From NCBI GenBank assembly GCA_036340075.1, contig JAYYZJ010000002.1, positions 1 through 64,000 of the forward strand: a stretch of DNA of 64,000 bases. Direction: 5' to 3'. The notes below the pieces were generated by a model. That model was given only the letters and a program-made list of their open reading frames with translations, had not been told where the DNA came from and made no database searches. Positions 9,823 through 22,879 of the stretch are shown here, in pieces (positions within the stretch are counted from its first letter, which is position 1; every line of letters starts with the position of its first letter). Made by a program: the position numbers and the translations under genes. This stretch comes from Thermodesulfobacteriota bacterium. Its GTDB lineage: Bacteria > Desulfobacterota_D > UBA1144.

Positions 9823-12456
9823 TTAATTTTCTAATTGAAAAATTAAATCTTTAATCTCTAAAATTGTTGTAGAAATACTAGTTTCCTTAAGTTTTTCTTC
9901 ATTAACGATATCTTCAGGTGCTGAATCTAAAAAGCCTTTGTTCTCCAATTTTGATTTAGTTAAATTCAAAGATTTTTCTAATGAAACAAGGTCTTTATTT
10001 AACTTTAAAATTTGTTTTGAAAAGTTATGCTTACTAGATTTTTCGAAAGAAATAGAACCCGATGATGTTACATTAGATATTAATTTAAGTTCAGAATTTT
10101 CATCCAGCAAATTAAAGCTTTGTAGATTGCATAAGCTTTCAATAATAAATTTATTCTCAACTAAAAATTCATAATTTTTTGAATTAGTAGAATAGTATGC
10201 AACAATCTTGTCTTTAGGTTGTATCATAAGATTTTTTCTAAGCGATCTAACTCCATTAGTAAAATCCTTTATTAATTGAATTTCGGATTCATAATCACCT
10301 GAATAAAAATGATTTAATTTTTGTGGTAATTTTTGAAATATTTTGTTTTTTGATTCTGGTTCAATCTTTTCTTTTAGCTCTAGAGAAATAAATGGACAAA
10401 ATGGATAAAGAAGATTTATAAAAGAAAGATATATATTTTTCATTACGGTTTTAGAATTTGTGATAACATCCTCATCTAATTTTGTCAGAGAGATTTTAGC
10501 TATTTCTATATACCAGTCACAAAATTCATCCCAAAAAAAGTGATAAATACTGTAAGCTGCTTTTTCGACTTCGCAATTTTCTAAATGATGATTATATCTG
10601 GTCAGCAGATTGTTAAATTCGTTAATAATCCATGAGTCATAAAAAGTAGTATTGCTGTAATTCGTATCATTACCTTTATTTAAAATTACAAAATTTCCGG
10701 CATTCCATATTTTATTCATAAAATTCTTGTATGGTTCCAAAGATGAATTTGATAGTTTTATATCACTATGAGGAGAAATATTTGAAGATAAATAAAATCT
10801 TAATGAATCAGTTCCATATTTATCAATTAATGTTAAAGGATCTATAACATTGCCTTTTGTTTTACTCATTTTGTCACCCTTCCCGTCTCTAATAAGATTG
10901 TGTATATAAACGGTCTTAAAAGGTATTTTTTGAGTTAGTTCTAATGACATCATAATCATTCTTGCTACCCAGAAAAAAATAATATCAAATCCAGTAACTA
11001 AAATTGTAGTAGGAAAATATTTGTTATAATCTTCTGATTCGTTTGGCCAGCCTAAAGTAGAAAATGGCCATAGACCAGAAGAAAACCATGTATCTAAAAC
11101 ATCAGATTCTTGAGTAAGTTCAACTATTTCTTTATATTTTTCTTGGTATTTATTTTTTGCTTCATCAATATTTTTTGCCGCAACATACTTATCGTTTGAC
11201 TTGTTTTTCCATATTGGTATACGGTGACCCCATATTATTTGTCTAGAAATACACCATGGTTGAATATTTTCCATCCATTCAAAAAAAGTGTTTTCCCAGA
11301 ACTTGGGCTTAAAAATTATTTTTTCATCTTCCACAGCTTTTTTAGATTGAATAGCCATTTTTTCTACATTTAAAAACCATTGATCTTTTAATAATGGTTC
11401 AATAACTACTCCGGATCTATCCCCAACAGGAATTACATTTTTTATATCCTCTTCTTTCACGTAAATGTCTAATTCTTTCATTAATTCAAGAACTTTTTTT
11501 CTTGCATCAAGCACAGTTAGATTTTGAAAATCCGTTGGAGTATTAGAATTTAAAGTACCGTCATCATTAAGAATATTCACTAATTTTAAATTGTGGTTTT
11601 TAGCAATCTCATAATCATTAAAATCATGTGCTGGTGTGATTTTCAAAGCACCTGAACCTTTTTCTATGTCAGCATATTCATCTTCAATCACTACAAGCTC
11701 TTTGTTTGTAAATGGACTCAAAATAGTCTTTCCAATAAATTTTTTTCTCAAATCATCTTTTGGATTAACTGCAACAGCTACATCTCCAAAAACTGTTTCT
11801 GGTCTTGTTGTAGAAACTGTAATAAAATCATTGGAATCTTTTATTCCATATTTAAAATAATAAAGTTTGGTTTTTCTTGTTTCAGATATTACTTCAAGAT
11901 CCGATATAGCCGTTTTTAAATAAATATCCCAATTAACTAAAGTTTTTTCTCTGTATATTAAACCTTTGTCGAATAATCTTATAAATGCTTCATTTACTGA
12001 ATTTGATAAATCATCATCTAGTGTAAATTTAATATTATTCCAAGAACAACTAAGACCTAACTTTCTTAATTGTTCAAGAATTGAATTTCCATTTTCTTTT
12101 TTCCATTCCCAAATATGATTAAGCAATTCATCTCGAGTCATATCTTTAGTCTTAATTTTTTTCTTATTTAGTGATCTCTCGACAAGCAATTGTGTTGCGA
12201 TACCAGCATGATCAGTTCCGGGTGTCCATCTTACATCTAAACCATTTAAAGAATTAAATTTAACAAGAATATCTTGTATAGTTGTGTTTAAAGCATGTCC
12301 TAAATGTAAATTTCCTGTTACGTTTGGGGGAGGAATCGCAACTGAATATGTTGCCTCAGAAGAAAGAGTTGTATTTTGTGTAATTGATTCAAGCCACTTT
12401 GGCTCTATTTCTTTATGAGAATAAGGTTGACTAGAATTTTTATTTTTCTGATTCAT
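9823..12456 (-). CDS. valS: Valine--tRNA ligase
   Basis: PPPNVTGNLHLGHAL, DHAGIATQ, TTRPET, WCISRQ, LDTWFSS, KMSKT and C-terminal coiled coil. Confidence 0.97.
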   Translation of the reverse strand: MNQKNKNSSQPYSHKEIEPKWLESITQNTTLSSEATYSVAIPPPNVTGNLHLGHALNTTIQDILVKFNSLNGLDVRWTPGTDHAGIATQLLVERSLNKKKIKTKDMTRDELLNHIWEWKKENGNSILEQLRKLGLSCSWNNIKFTLDDDLSNSVNEAFIRLFDKGLIYREKTLVNWDIYLKTAISDLEVISETRKTKLYYFKYGIKDSNDFITVSTTRPETVFGDVAVAVNPKDDLRKKFIGKTILSPFTNKELVVIEDEYADIEKGSGALKITPAHDFNDYEIAKNHNLKLVNILNDDGTLNSNTPTDFQNLTVLDARKKVLELMKELDIYVKEEDIKNVIPVGDRSGVVIEPLLKDQWFLNVEKMAIQSKKAVEDEKIIFKPKFWENTFFEWMENIQPWCISRQIIWGHRIPIWKNKSNDKYVAAKNIDEAKNKYQEKYKEIVELTQESDVLDTWFSSGLWPFSTLGWPNESEDYNKYFPTTILVTGFDIIFFWVARMIMMSLELTQKIPFKTVYIHNLIRDGKGDKMSKTKGNVIDPLTLIDKYGTDSLRFYLSSNISPHSDIKLSNSSLEPYKNFMNKIWNAGNFVILNKGNDTNYSNTTFYDSWIINEFNNLLTRYNHHLENCEVEKAAYSIYHFFWDEFCDWYIEIAKISLTKLDEDVITNSKTVMKNIYLSFINLLYPFCPFISLELKEKIEPESKNKIFQKLPQKLNHFYSGDYESEIQLIKDFTNGVRSLRKNLMIQPKDKIVAYYSTNSKNYEFLVENKFIIESLCNLQSFNLLDENSELKLISNVTSSGSISFEKSSKHNFSKQILKLNKDLVSLEKSLNLTKSKLENKGFLDSAPEDIVNEEKLKETSISTTILEIKDLIFQLEN

Positions 12457-15400
12457 TATACTACGTCTGTTGTACTTTGAATCGCAGTCTCCGTTTCATT
12501 AATTTCAATATCAGTATCTGAATATAAAGGTAAACCAGTTCCTGCTGGTATCAATCTACCCATAATAACATTCTCCTTTAATCCTGAGAGATTGTCTATT
12601 TTCCCTTCACAAGATGCATCTGTTAAAACTTTTGTTGTTTCTTGGAATGATGCTGCAGAGAGCCAGCTATTTGTACTTAAAGATGCTCTCGTAATTCCTA
12701 ATAGTAATGGTTCTGCTTGGGCAGGTTTTCCTCCATCTGCTACTATCTTTTCATTTGTTTTACGAAAATCATTTTTCTCTACCGCTTCACCTATAAGCAT
12801 TGTAGTATCACCGCTATCTACAACCTTTACTCTTCGTAGCATTTGTCTTGTAACTGTTTCAATATGCTTATCATTAATTCTAACACCTTGCAATCTATAG
12901 ACATCTTGTATCTCATCAACGATATATCTTGCAAGCTCCTCTTCACCTTTAATTCTTAGAATATCATGTGGATCAGGAGGACCATCTACTATCTGGTCAC
13001 CAACATTTATTCTTTCACCTTCTCTTACCAGAATGTGTTTTGCTTTTGGCACTAAATATTCGACAGCTTGTTCTTCGCCTACATCTGGCGTTACTATAAT
13101 TCTTTTTTTAGATTTTATATCTTTGCCAAATGAAACAACTCCTTCTATTTCTGAGATAATCGCAGGGTCTTTTGGTGGTCTTGCTTCAAAAAGCTCTGCG
13201 ACTCTAGGAAGTCCGCCCGTGATATCTTTTGTTTGAGCTCTCTGAGTTGCTAAAGTTGCAAGGAAGTCTCCGGGTTTTACTTTTTCATCTCTATCTTTTC
13301 TTATCTCAGCACCTTTTGGCAAAGGATATTCAAGTCTTTCTCCACTTTTTGTTACAAGTATTAAAGCTGGATTAAGTTTTTGGTCTTTAAAAGGTATAAC
13401 TTCTTTTATAAGTAATCCTGTTGCTTGACTTTGAGTTTCTCTTAAAGAAACATTTGTTTCTAAATCTTTATATTCAATCTTTCCTGCTTCTTCAGCAATA
13501 AATGGATAAATTGTTGGGTCCCACTCTGCTAAAAGACTACCCTTTTTAATTTTCTCCCCATCTTTAAAATATATTTTTGCTCCTACATTAACAGGATATC
13601 TTTCTAATTCTAAAGAATTATCAGGATTTTCAATGATTATTTCAGCAGCTCTACTTGTACAAATATTATGGCCAACCGCTTTTACAAAATTCATATCTAA
13701 ATATTTTATTCTTCCATTATTCTTAGCTTCATGTCTTGATTGTTCAACTTTTGCTACTCCACCAATATGGAACGTTCTCATAGTTAACTGTGTACCTGGC
13801 TCCCCAATTGATTGAGAAGCAATAATTCCTACTGCTTCACCTATATCTACTAATTCTCCATTTGCAAGATTTCTACCATAGCACAAAGAGCAAACTCCTC
13901 TATCTGATTCACAAGTTAAAACTGATCTAATTTTAATTTTTAAAGAACCAGGAATTGAATCAATCCTCTTCGCAATTGATTCATCAATTTCTTTATTCCT
14001 CGACACAATCAAATCTCCTTCAATAGGATCATCAATATCTTCCGCCGCAATTCTTCCAAGTGTTCTATCACCTACGCTTGCAACTACTTCTCCACCCTCA
14101 ACTAATTGAGTAACATCTAAACCATTAGTAGTACCACAATCAAGCTCAGTAACCATTACATCTTGAGTAACATCAACTAGCCTTCTTGTCAGATATCCTG
14201 CATTAGCAGTTTTTAAAGCAGTATCCGCAAGTCCTTTTCTAGCTCCATGAGTTGATATGAAATATTGTAGAACTGACAAACCTTCTCTAAAATTAGAAGT
14301 TATTGGTGTTTCAATAATTTCCCCAGAAGGTTTTGCCATTAGTCCCCTCATTCCTGCAAGTTGTCGAACTTGTGACTGACTACCTCTAGCTCCTGATTCA
14401 ACCATCATAAAAATAGGATTTTTACTTGGTGATTTATGTTCTTCATCTGTATTATCTGACTCTGAGATTTTTTTCATTAATATATTAGCAATTTCATCTC
14501 CGGTTCTTGCCCATATGTCTATAACTTTATTGTATCGCTCTCCATCAGTTATCAATCCTTCATTGTATTGATTATCAACATTTTGTACTTCGTCATTTGC
14601 TACACTAATTAAATCATTTTTTTCATCAGGAATTATCATATCTGATATAGCAACAGATATTCCAGAAGTTGTAGAGTGTTTGAATCCTAAAGTTCTCAAA
14701 CGGTCAGCTAATAAAACAGTACTTTTTCCTCCAGAAACTCTAAATGTTGCATCAATCAATTCTTCAGTTGCTTTTTTTGTCATTAAACGATTAACTAAAT
14801 TAAAAGGTACTTCTTTCGGCATTACTTCAAATATTAAAGCTCTACCTACTGTAGTATCCTCGATTTTTTCTTGAATTCTTATTTTAATGTTTGCATGAAT
14901 ATCGACTTCATTTAAATCAAATGCTACCCTCAATTCTTCAATTGAACCAAATGCTTTCCCTTCTCCTTTTGTTCCTGGAACTAATAAGCTCATATAGTAA
15001 ACTCCAAGCACTATATCTTGAGATGGGAGAATGATAGGCTTCCCATGTGCAGGAGATAAAATATTATTTGTTGACATAACAAGAGTTCTACATTCCGTTT
15101 GAGCCTCTACTGACAAAGGAACATGGACGGCCATTTGATCTCCATCAAAATCTGCGTTAAAAGCTGGACAAACTAGAGGATGAAGCTGAATTGCTTTATC
15201 TTCAACTAGCACTGGTTCAAAGGCTTGGATGCTTAATCTATGCAAAGTTGGTGCTCTATTTAACATTACTGGGTGCTCTTTAATTACATCATCAAGGGCT
15301 TCCCATACAATTGGTGCTTGTTGCTCAACAAGATTTTTAGCAATTTTAATTGTTGCCGCATGACCCCATAGTTCTAATTTTTGATAAATAAAAGGTCTAA

Positions 15401-16526
15401 ATAATTCTAATGCCATTTTTTTTGGCAAACCACATTGGTGTAATTTTAATTGAGGGCCAACAACAATTACCGATCTGCCTGAATAATCTACTCTTTTTCC
15501 TAATAAATTTTGTCTGAATCTTCCTTGTTTTCCTTTAATTATATCACTTAAGCTTTTTAGAGGTCTATGATTATGTCCTAATACAGGTCTACCTCTTCTT
15601 CCATTCTCAAACAAAGCGTCTACAGATTCCTGCAACATTCTTTTTTCATTTCTTACGATAATATCAGGGGCTCCTAGCTCCATTAACTTTCTTAGTCGAT
15701 TGTTTCGATTTATAACTCTTCTATATAAGTCATTTAAATCAGAAGTGGCAAACCTTCCTCCATCTAGTGGAACTAAAGGTCTCAAATCTGGCGGCAATAC
15801 AGGTAGCCTCTTAAGTATCATCCATTCTGGTCTGTTTCCAGAACTTCTAAATGCTTCCACGGTTCTAAGTCTTTTTGAAAGTTTAACTTTTTTTAAAGGA
15901 GAAGTAGTTGCTCTTAAATCGTCTTTTAATTCTACAGACAATTTCTCTAAATCTATTGTTTCTAGCATGTTTCTTATTGTTTCAGCTCCCATGCCTACTA
16001 ATAGAAAGAAATTATCATCAATAAGTTTTCTATATGCATCTTCTGAAATAACTTGTCCAGCTTTAAGTCCCGTATCCCCTGGATCTGTAATAACATACGA
16101 TTCAAAATATAAAACTTTCTCTAAATCTTTTAAAGAAATATCTAATAAAGCACCTATTCTACTTGGAACACTTTTTAAAAACCATATGTGTGCAACAGGT
16201 GAAGCTAGTTCGATATGGCCCATTCTCATCCTTCTTACCTTGCTAGATATAACTTCTACACCACATTTTTCACAAGTATGATTTCTATGTTTAAGTCTTT
16301 TATATTTTCCACATAAACATTCAAAATCTTTAACGGGACCAAAAATCTTAGCGCAAAATAAACCATATTTTTCTGGTTTAAATGTCCTGTAGTTTATTGT
16401 TTCTGGTTTTTTTATTTCTCCGTAAGACCATTCCTTGATTTGTTCAGGTGAAGCAATACTTATTTTTATTGAACTAAAATCAGATGGATTTTTAGGCTTA
16501 TCAAAAAGCACTCCCATGTCAATCAT
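12456..16526 (-). CDS. rpoC: RNA polymerase beta' subunit
   Basis: [12 protein letters not shown] catalytic motif, N-terminal zinc finger, [13 protein letters not shown]. Confidence 0.99.
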   Translation of the reverse strand: MIDMGVLFDKPKNPSDFSSIKISIASPEQIKEWSYGEIKKPETINYRTFKPEKYGLFCAKIFGPVKDFECLCGKYKRLKHRNHTCEKCGVEVISSKVRRMRMGHIELASPVAHIWFLKSVPSRIGALLDISLKDLEKVLYFESYVITDPGDTGLKAGQVISEDAYRKLIDDNFFLLVGMGAETIRNMLETIDLEKLSVELKDDLRATTSPLKKVKLSKRLRTVEAFRSSGNRPEWMILKRLPVLPPDLRPLVPLDGGRFATSDLNDLYRRVINRNNRLRKLMELGAPDIIVRNEKRMLQESVDALFENGRRGRPVLGHNHRPLKSLSDIIKGKQGRFRQNLLGKRVDYSGRSVIVVGPQLKLHQCGLPKKMALELFRPFIYQKLELWGHAATIKIAKNLVEQQAPIVWEALDDVIKEHPVMLNRAPTLHRLSIQAFEPVLVEDKAIQLHPLVCPAFNADFDGDQMAVHVPLSVEAQTECRTLVMSTNNILSPAHGKPIILPSQDIVLGVYYMSLLVPGTKGEGKAFGSIEELRVAFDLNEVDIHANIKIRIQEKIEDTTVGRALIFEVMPKEVPFNLVNRLMTKKATEELIDATFRVSGGKSTVLLADRLRTLGFKHSTTSGISVAISDMIIPDEKNDLISVANDEVQNVDNQYNEGLITDGERYNKVIDIWARTGDEIANILMKKISESDNTDEEHKSPSKNPIFMMVESGARGSQSQVRQLAGMRGLMAKPSGEIIETPITSNFREGLSVLQYFISTHGARKGLADTALKTANAGYLTRRLVDVTQDVMVTELDCGTTNGLDVTQLVEGGEVVASVGDRTLGRIAAEDIDDPIEGDLIVSRNKEIDESIAKRIDSIPGSLKIKIRSVLTCESDRGVCSLCYGRNLANGELVDIGEAVGIIASQSIGEPGTQLTMRTFHIGGVAKVEQSRHEAKNNGRIKYLDMNFVKAVGHNICTSRAAEIIIENPDNSLELERYPVNVGAKIYFKDGEKIKKGSLLAEWDPTIYPFIAEEAGKIEYKDLETNVSLRETQSQATGLLIKEVIPFKDQKLNPALILVTKSGERLEYPLPKGAEIRKDRDEKVKPGDFLATLATQRAQTKDITGGLPRVAELFEARPPKDPAIISEIEGVVSFGKDIKSKKRIIVTPDVGEEQAVEYLVPKAKHILVREGERINVGDQIVDGPPDPHDILRIKGEEELARYIVDEIQDVYRLQGVRINDKHIETVTRQMLRRVKVVDSGDTTMLIGEAVEKNDFRKTNEKIVADGGKPAQAEPLLLGITRASLSTNSWLSAASFQETTKVLTDASCEGKIDNLSGLKENVIMGRLIPAGTGLPLYSDTDIEINETETAIQSTTDVV

Positions 16527-19500
16527 TAGTTTTATCTCCTTTAGTGTCTTCTATAATTGGTGATTCATCATTTTGAGTATCAACCATTTGAATACTTAAT
16601 CCTAATGACTTTAATTCGTTCTGTAACACATTAAAGGATTCTGGTATTCCAGGTTCAAAATTTAATCTATTTTTAACAATTGAATCAAACAGCCTTGTTC
16701 TTCCTATAACATCATCAGATTTTACTGTAAGAAATTCTTGTAATGTATTTGCTGCTCCATATGCTTCTAAAGCCCAGACTTCCATCTCTCCTAATCTTTG
16801 CCCACCAAAATGGGATTTACCACCTAACGGTTGCTGTGTTACCAATGAATATGGACCTATTGCTCTAGCATGAATTTTCTCTTCAACTAAATGATGTAAT
16901 TTAATCATATACATTGTGCCAACGGTTACTTTTTGATCAAAAGGTTCTCCGGTTTTTCCATTAAATAATATTAATTTTCCATCTTCTGGTAAATCATTTT
17001 CTGCAAATAATTGTTTAATTTCAGATTCTTTAACACCTTCAAAAATTGGTGTTTCTACTGGAACACCGTTTGATAGTCTTTCTGCTAAATCTTGCAAATC
17101 GTCGTCTGTTAATTTTTTAACTTTAGATATGTAATCTTGATCATTAGGATAAATATTTTCTAAAAGTGTTTGAAATTCATTTGAATTAAAAGAATTTGTA
17201 TTTAAATAATCCTGTATTTTATCTCCTAAAGACTTTGCTGCTAAACCAAGATGGGTTTCTAATATTTGACCTACATTCATTCTAGAAGGAACACCTAATG
17301 GATTAAGAATCATATCAATTGGAGTTCCATCTGCTAGATAAGGCATATCTTCTTCTGGTAGAACTCGAGATACAACCCCCTTGTTTCCATGTCTGCCAGC
17401 CATTTTATCTCCAACCTGATGTTTCCTTTTTACAGCAACATAAACCTTAATGATTTTTAAAACACCAGGGGGCAAATCGTCTGGTTTAGACAATTTTTCA
17501 ATTTCCTCATCATACCTTGAAGAAACACTATCAATCTTCTCTTGAGCAATTTTCATTATTGTCTCAATCTCACTTATGCAAGCATTTTTTTCTTGGAACT
17601 CTATTGTTATAATCTTTTCGTAAGGAACCAAATCAAACTTGTCTTCTTCGATAACTTGATTCTTTTTTAAAACAATTTTTCTGCCCGCTCTTATGTCATT
17701 ATATGGAGTCTTCCCAACAAATATTCTCTTCAATGACATCATTGTTTCATCTGTTATTATTGCGAGTTCTTTGTCTTTTTCGGATTTAAGTTCTAGAACT
17801 TCGGGAGAACCTGATCTTGACTTATCTTGTTTGTCTCCTATTCGTGAAATTAAAGTCTTAATATCTAAAACAATTCCATTAACACCTGGTGGAACTTTTA
17901 AAGATGTATCTTTTACATCCCCTGCTTTATCTCCAAAAATAGCTCTTAACAATCTTTCTTCTGGAGATAACTGAGTTTCTCCTTTCGGAGAAATTTTTCC
18001 CACTAAAATATCATTGGGTTTAACTTCTGCACCTATTTGAATTACGCCGCCTTTATCTAAATATGCTAAATGTTCTTCGTTTACATTGGGTATATCTTTA
18101 GTAATTTCTTCTTTTCCTAGTTTTGTTTCACGAGAAATACATTCAAACTCTTCTATGTGCACTGAAGTAAAAGTGTCTTTTTTGGCTAATCTTTCACTTA
18201 TTAATATAGCATCCTCAAAATTGTATCCACCCCATGGCATGAAAGCTACTGTTATATTTTTACCTAGGGCTAATTCTCCAAATTCAGTAGAAGGACCATC
18301 GGCAATTATATCACCAGTGTTAACTTTTTTACCTTTCTTTACTATAGGTTTTTGATTCCAACAAGTATTTTGATTAGATCTTTCAAATTTTATTAGATTA
18401 TAAATATCTGAAACTTCTCCATCTTCAGAAGGTTTATCTCTTTTAATTACAATCTTAGAGGAGTCAACATAGTCAACTATTCCTGAATTTCTAGCTACTA
18501 CATTTACTCCTGAATCTCGGGAAATATTCTTTTCGAATCCTGTACCAACTAAGGGTGCAGATGCTGTTAGGAGTGGAACAGCTTGTCTTTGCATGTTTGA
18601 ACCCATTAATGCCCTATTAGCATCATCATGTTCTAAAAAGGGTATCAAGGAAGCAGAAACTGAAACTAATTGAGCAGGAGAAACATCCATTAATTCAATT
18701 TCATCTTTTTCTTTTACTTGGAACTCTCCTTTTTCTCTTGCTGAGACTAAATCATTTTTAAATTTATTGTCTTCATTTAAGGGGGCATTGGCCTGAGCAA
18801 TTACAAAATCTTCTTCTTCAAGTGCATTTAAAAATTTAATTTTATTTGTAACAACACCATTTACCACTTCTTTGTAAGGGGTCAAAATAAATCCATGGTC
18901 GCTAATCTTCGCGTAAGTACTAAGGCTAGAAATTAAACCAATATTTGGTCCTTCAGGTGTTTCAATAGGACAGATTCTTCCATAATGAGATGAATGTACA
19001 TCTCTTACTTCGAATCCTGCTCTTTCTCTTGTTAAGCCTCCTGGTCCTAGCGCACTAAGTCTTCTTTTATGAGTTATTTCTGATAGTGGATTTGTTTGAT
19101 CCATGAATTGAGATAACTGACCAGTTGCAAAAAATTCTTTAACAACAGATGTGACACTCTTAGGTACAATAATATCGGCTGGCATCATATCATCTATAAC
19201 GTTATAATTCATTTTCTCCTTTATGGTTCTTGATAATCTCTCAATCCCAACATAAAAACGGTCTTCAATTAACTCGCCTACTGTTCTAACTCTTCTATTT
19301 CCAAGGTGGTCGATATCGTCTATAAGTCCTCTTCCAGATTTTAATAACAATAAGTATCTGAAAGTTTCAACAATATCCTTAGGATCTAAGGATAGCTTAG
19401 AATTAGAGACACCATGCTCTAACTTATAATTAATCTTCATTCTTCCAACTTTAGAAAGCCGATAAGTGTCTTCATTAAAAAACATATTATCAAAAAAGGT

Positions 19501-20745
19501 TGACGCTATCTTAGTTGTTGGAGGGTCAGTTGGTCTAAATTTCTTATATATTTCAGCTATAGCATTTTCTTTAGATGCTACTTTAGCTTTATTAAGCATA
19601 TCGTTTATTGTTAATATCAAGGAATTAGTAAAAGCATTATTATCGACATAATAGATTTCAAAATCTGTAATTTGGTTTTCTTTTATATATTCAATTGTTT
19701 CCTCTGTTATCTCTTCTATTAATAAATTGTCAACTGGATTCTTATCAGATGCTTCTTTTTGAACGAATGGTTTTACTAAATAATTATTCAATAAATCCTC
19801 TTCGTTTAAAGCTAATTGGGTAATCTTGGAATCATTTAATTTTTTTATAATTCTATCAGAGAATCTTCTTCTCTCTCTTATTATTATTTCTTTATTAGAA
19901 TCAAAAATATCTTTAGGTGCTCTTTGGTATGGCAACAAATCGTAATTTATATCTTTCGTAAAAGCTTTACCATCAAAATGAATATTTTCTTTCAAATAAA
20001 ACATGTCTAAAATAGAATTAATATTTTCACCTAATGCTAATAGCAACAATGTAGAATGAAATTTCTTTTTTCTATCTATTCTTACATGCAATATCTCTTT
20101 AGAATCAAATTCGAAGTCTAACCATCTGCCGTCTTGTGGAACAATTCTTGCAGTATAATTAGTCTTATCTGTTGAAGAGAGATCTTTAGTATTCTTTTGT
20201 GAATCAAAAAAAACACCTGGTGATCTATGTAATTGATTAACGATTACTCTTTCCGTTCCATTTATTATGAAGGCACCATTTGGTGTCATTATTGGTATCT
20301 CACCAAAATAAACTTCGTGGCTTTTAATATCTTTAACTCTTTTAGTTTCTAAAATTGGGTTTTCTTCTTCATCAAGATCGTATTCCCAAGTTATCAATTC
20401 AAACCTAACATATATAGCTGACTGATAATTGTATCCTTTCAATTTACATTCTGAAGGAGAATGTTTTGGTTGTTCTAATCTATAATGAACATAATTAATT
20501 GTTGCCTTATTGTTATAGTCATCAATCGGGAATGAAGATTTAAAAACTCTTTCGAGACCAATATATTCTCTTTTTGTATATGTTCCATCTTCTTGATCTG
20601 GAATAGTAGGTCCCTTATCTGCCTGGATAAGTAAATCAAAAGATTCTCTTTGAACACTTAAAAGATCTGGAATCTCAGTAGCATCTACTGATTTTCTACT
20701 AAAAGTCTTCCTTTTTTTTGTTAAAAGTATATTTTCTTTATACAA
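16519..20745 (-). CDS. rpoB: RNA polymerase beta subunit (TTG start)
   Basis: [55 protein letters not shown] before the TTG. Confidence 0.99.
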   Translation of the reverse strand: MYKENILLTKKRKTFSRKSVDATEIPDLLSVQRESFDLLIQADKGPTIPDQEDGTYTKREYIGLERVFKSSFPIDDYNNKATINYVHYRLEQPKHSPSECKLKGYNYQSAIYVRFELITWEYDLDEEENPILETKRVKDIKSHEVYFGEIPIMTPNGAFIINGTERVIVNQLHRSPGVFFDSQKNTKDLSSTDKTNYTARIVPQDGRWLDFEFDSKEILHVRIDRKKKFHSTLLLLALGENINSILDMFYLKENIHFDGKAFTKDINYDLLPYQRAPKDIFDSNKEIIIRERRRFSDRIIKKLNDSKITQLALNEEDLLNNYLVKPFVQKEASDKNPVDNLLIEEITEETIEYIKENQITDFEIYYVDNNAFTNSLILTINDMLNKAKVASKENAIAEIYKKFRPTDPPTTKIASTFFDNMFFNEDTYRLSKVGRMKINYKLEHGVSNSKLSLDPKDIVETFRYLLLLKSGRGLIDDIDHLGNRRVRTVGELIEDRFYVGIERLSRTIKEKMNYNVIDDMMPADIIVPKSVTSVVKEFFATGQLSQFMDQTNPLSEITHKRRLSALGPGGLTRERAGFEVRDVHSSHYGRICPIETPEGPNIGLISSLSTYAKISDHGFILTPYKEVVNGVVTNKIKFLNALEEEDFVIAQANAPLNEDNKFKNDLVSAREKGEFQVKEKDEIELMDVSPAQLVSVSASLIPFLEHDDANRALMGSNMQRQAVPLLTASAPLVGTGFEKNISRDSGVNVVARNSGIVDYVDSSKIVIKRDKPSEDGEVSDIYNLIKFERSNQNTCWNQKPIVKKGKKVNTGDIIADGPSTEFGELALGKNITVAFMPWGGYNFEDAILISERLAKKDTFTSVHIEEFECISRETKLGKEEITKDIPNVNEEHLAYLDKGGVIQIGAEVKPNDILVGKISPKGETQLSPEERLLRAIFGDKAGDVKDTSLKVPPGVNGIVLDIKTLISRIGDKQDKSRSGSPEVLELKSEKDKELAIITDETMMSLKRIFVGKTPYNDIRAGRKIVLKKNQVIEEDKFDLVPYEKIITIEFQEKNACISEIETIMKIAQEKIDSVSSRYDEEIEKLSKPDDLPPGVLKIIKVYVAVKRKHQVGDKMAGRHGNKGVVSRVLPEEDMPYLADGTPIDMILNPLGVPSRMNVGQILETHLGLAAKSLGDKIQDYLNTNSFNSNEFQTLLENIYPNDQDYISKVKKLTDDDLQDLAERLSNGVPVETPIFEGVKESEIKQLFAENDLPEDGKLILFNGKTGEPFDQKVTVGTMYMIKLHHLVEEKIHARAIGPYSLVTQQPLGGKSHFGGQRLGEMEVWALEAYGAANTLQEFLTVKSDDVIGRTRLFDSIVKNRLNFEPGIPESFNVLQNELKSLGLSIQMVDTQNDESPIIEDTKGDKTND

Positions 20746-20779
20746 CTTTACTCCTTGGACTAAAACTTACAAAAGAAAA

Positions 20780-21172
20780 CTAGCTTAAAGTAACTTTAGC
20801 GCCTACTTCTTCTAGCTTCTTCTTCATTTCTTCTGCTTCCTCTTTCTTAACACCTTCTTTTAAAGGTTTAGGAGCAGATTCTACAAGCTCTTTAGCTTCT
20901 TTTAATCCAAGAGCAGTAATTTCTCTTACTATTTTAATAACTTTTATTTTTTCAGATCCAGCATCGTCTAAGACAATGTTAAAATCGGTTTTTTCAGCAG
21001 CAGGTGCAGCGGCATCTCCACCAGCAGCTGGTGCAGGTGCTGCAGCGACAGCAACAGGAGCAGCAGCCTCTATTCCAAATTTCTCTTCAATATCTTTTAC
21101 TAACTCAGATATTTCCAAAAGGCTTGCCTTTTCTAAATAACTAATTACATCTTCTCTTGATAATTCGGGCAT
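20780..21172 (-). CDS. rplL: 50S ribosomal protein L7/L12
   Basis: Ala/Pro-rich hinge, [23 protein letters not shown]. Confidence 0.98.
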   Translation of the reverse strand: MPELSREDVISYLEKASLLEISELVKDIEEKFGIEAAAPVAVAAAPAPAAGGDAAAPAAEKTDFNIVLDDAGSEKIKVIKIVREITALGLKEAKELVESAPKPLKEGVKKEEAEEMKKKLEEVGAKVTLS

Positions 21173-21209
21173 AGGTTTCCTCCAAATATTAGACTCGTAT
21201 TATATAACA

Positions 21210-21725
21210 TTATTTTTTGTTCTTCAAGTTATTAAGCAAAATTACTAGTTTCATAGGAATTGCTTTTGATACACCAAGAAACTTTATAACAGGCTGTTTT
21301 AACTGTGACAACAACTGGGAAAGGAGTATTTCTCTGGAAGGCAATTTTGAAATTGCTTCTAGTTCAGACTCATTTAGATGTTTTCCTTCAATAAAGCCTA
21401 ATTTTATAGCCAAACTAGGGTGATCTTTTTGGATTTCTATAAAAGCCTTAGTAGCTTCTACATAATTATCTCCAAGAAAAGCAATGGCTGTCTCACCTTT
21501 TGTATCTTGAAATAATTGTTCTAAATCAGTATCTTTTGATGCTTTTTTTAACAAATTGTTTTTGACTACTGACAATTTGGTGTCATTAACTCGTAATTTA
21601 TTTCTTAATTCTTCAAATTCAGATACTTTTGCTCCCTTAAAATTAATTAATAAAAAAGATGGCGTATCAGAAAATGAATCTCGATAAATGCTTACTATTT
21701 CTTCTTTTTGGGATTTATTTAACAT
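21210..21725 (-). CDS. rplJ: 50S ribosomal protein L10
   Basis: VVKNNLL, LPSREILLSQL; position between rplA and rplL. Confidence 0.95.
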   Translation of the reverse strand: MLNKSQKEEIVSIYRDSFSDTPSFLLINFKGAKVSEFEELRNKLRVNDTKLSVVKNNLLKKASKDTDLEQLFQDTKGETAIAFLGDNYVEATKAFIEIQKDHPSLAIKLGFIEGKHLNESELEAISKLPSREILLSQLLSQLKQPVIKFLGVSKAIPMKLVILLNNLKNKK

Positions 21726-21726
21726 T

Positions 21727-22452
21727 TTAAACTATTGCTCCCTCATGTTTCTTAACTTCATCTTTTAAGATATTTAAGTCTATTTTAAGCCCAGGACCCA
21801 TTGTGCTAGAGACACTCACTTTCTTTAGATAATTACCTTTAGATGAAGTAGGTTTAGCTTTATTTAATATTCCTATAAGGTTATACAGATTATCTAAACT
21901 CTGGTTGATATCAAAAGATTTTCTAGCAAATGGAAAATTAACAAGACCTTCTTTATCATTTTTTAGTTCTATTCTTCCTGCCCTCGCATCTTTAACAGCT
22001 TTTTCAATATTCTTAGTAACAGTTCCCATTTTAGGGCTTGGCATTATGCCTTTAGGTCCAAGAATTTGTCCCAACTTACCGACTTTAGGCATTAATTCAG
22101 GGATTGCTATTACAACATCATAATCAATCCATTTTTCATTAAGGATTTTATCTATTATTTCCTCGCCTCCAACAAAATCAGCACCTGCAGTTTCTGCTTC
22201 TTTTACATATTCGCCATTACAGACACAAAGAATTTTTACTTTTTTTCCTAAAGGATTCGGTGGTATAGTAGCTATCTTAATTTGTTGGTCAGATTTCTTA
22301 GAATCAATACCTAATTGTACTGACAAATCTAAAGTCTCATCAAATTTAGATGTTTCCAAGCTTTTTAATAGTTCCATGGCTTCTTTAGGTGCGTAATATT
22401 TTTTTCTATCTACTTTTTCCTGTATTAATTTAACTTTATCCTTTTTGCTCAT
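21727..22452 (-). CDS. rplA: 50S ribosomal protein L1
   Basis: KFDET, AGADFVG, LGPKGIMPSPKMGTV, SSTMGPG. True start is the ATG at 22452, just after the rplK stop. Confidence 0.96.
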   Translation of the reverse strand: MSKKDKVKLIQEKVDRKKYYAPKEAMELLKSLETSKFDETLDLSVQLGIDSKKSDQQIKIATIPPNPLGKKVKILCVCNGEYVKEAETAGADFVGGEEIIDKILNEKWIDYDVVIAIPELMPKVGKLGQILGPKGIMPSPKMGTVTKNIEKAVKDARAGRIELKNDKEGLVNFPFARKSFDINQSLDNLYNLIGILNKAKPTSSKGNYLKKVSVSSTMGPGLKIDLNILKDEVKKHEGAIV

Positions 22453-22456
22453 ATTG

Positions 22457-22879
22457 TTAACCCTCAACCTCAACGCCCATACTTCTTGCTGTTCCTTGAA
22501 CAATTTTTTTTGCTGCATCAATATCATTTGCATTTAAATCTTTCATTTTAGTTTTAGCTATTTCTTCAACTTGAACATCAGAAATTTGTCCAGCCTTTAC
22601 AGCTGGAGTTGCGTTTGAACCTTTTTTTATGTTTGCTGCTTTCTTTATTAAATATGAAACAGGAGGTGTTTTAATTTCAAAGGAAAAAGTTCTATCCTCG
22701 TATACAGTAACAACAACAGGTAGAACACCTTCCATCTTTTCTGATTGTGAATTAAATGCTTTACAAAACTCCATTATGTTAACACCTTTTTGACCTAATG
22801 CTGGACCAATTGGTGGTGCAGGAGATGCTTTTCCTGCTTCACATAACAATTTTAAAGAACCTGCTACTTTTTTTGCCAT
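22457..22879 (-). CDS. rplK: 50S ribosomal protein L11
   Basis: [35 protein letters not shown]. Confidence 0.98.
   Translation of the reverse strand: MAKKVAGSLKLLCEAGKASPAPPIGPALGQKGVNIMEFCKAFNSQSEKMEGVLPVVVTVYEDRTFSFEIKTPPVSYLIKKAANIKKGSNATPAVKAGQISDVQVEEIAKTKMKDLNANDIDAAKKIVQGTARSMGVEVEG

Noticed and set aside
15700..16281. 193-aa antisense ORF in rpoC, and the many other 60-130 aa shadow ORFs
   Set aside because: They lie antisense or out of frame inside conserved genes, have Ser/Ile/Phe-rich mirror composition and show no motifs.
19040..19125. RpoB rifampicin-resistance region
   Set aside because: The sequence [22 protein letters not shown] is the ordinary sensitive-type consensus.
20990..21070. 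GC-richer GCA/GCT repeats
   Set aside because: They encode the normal Ala/Pro hinge of L7/L12; not a repeat element or CRISPR array.
22453..22533. N-terminal extension of rplA
   Set aside because: It is an alternative-frame reading of the rplK 3' end; ATG 22452 gives a normal-length L1.
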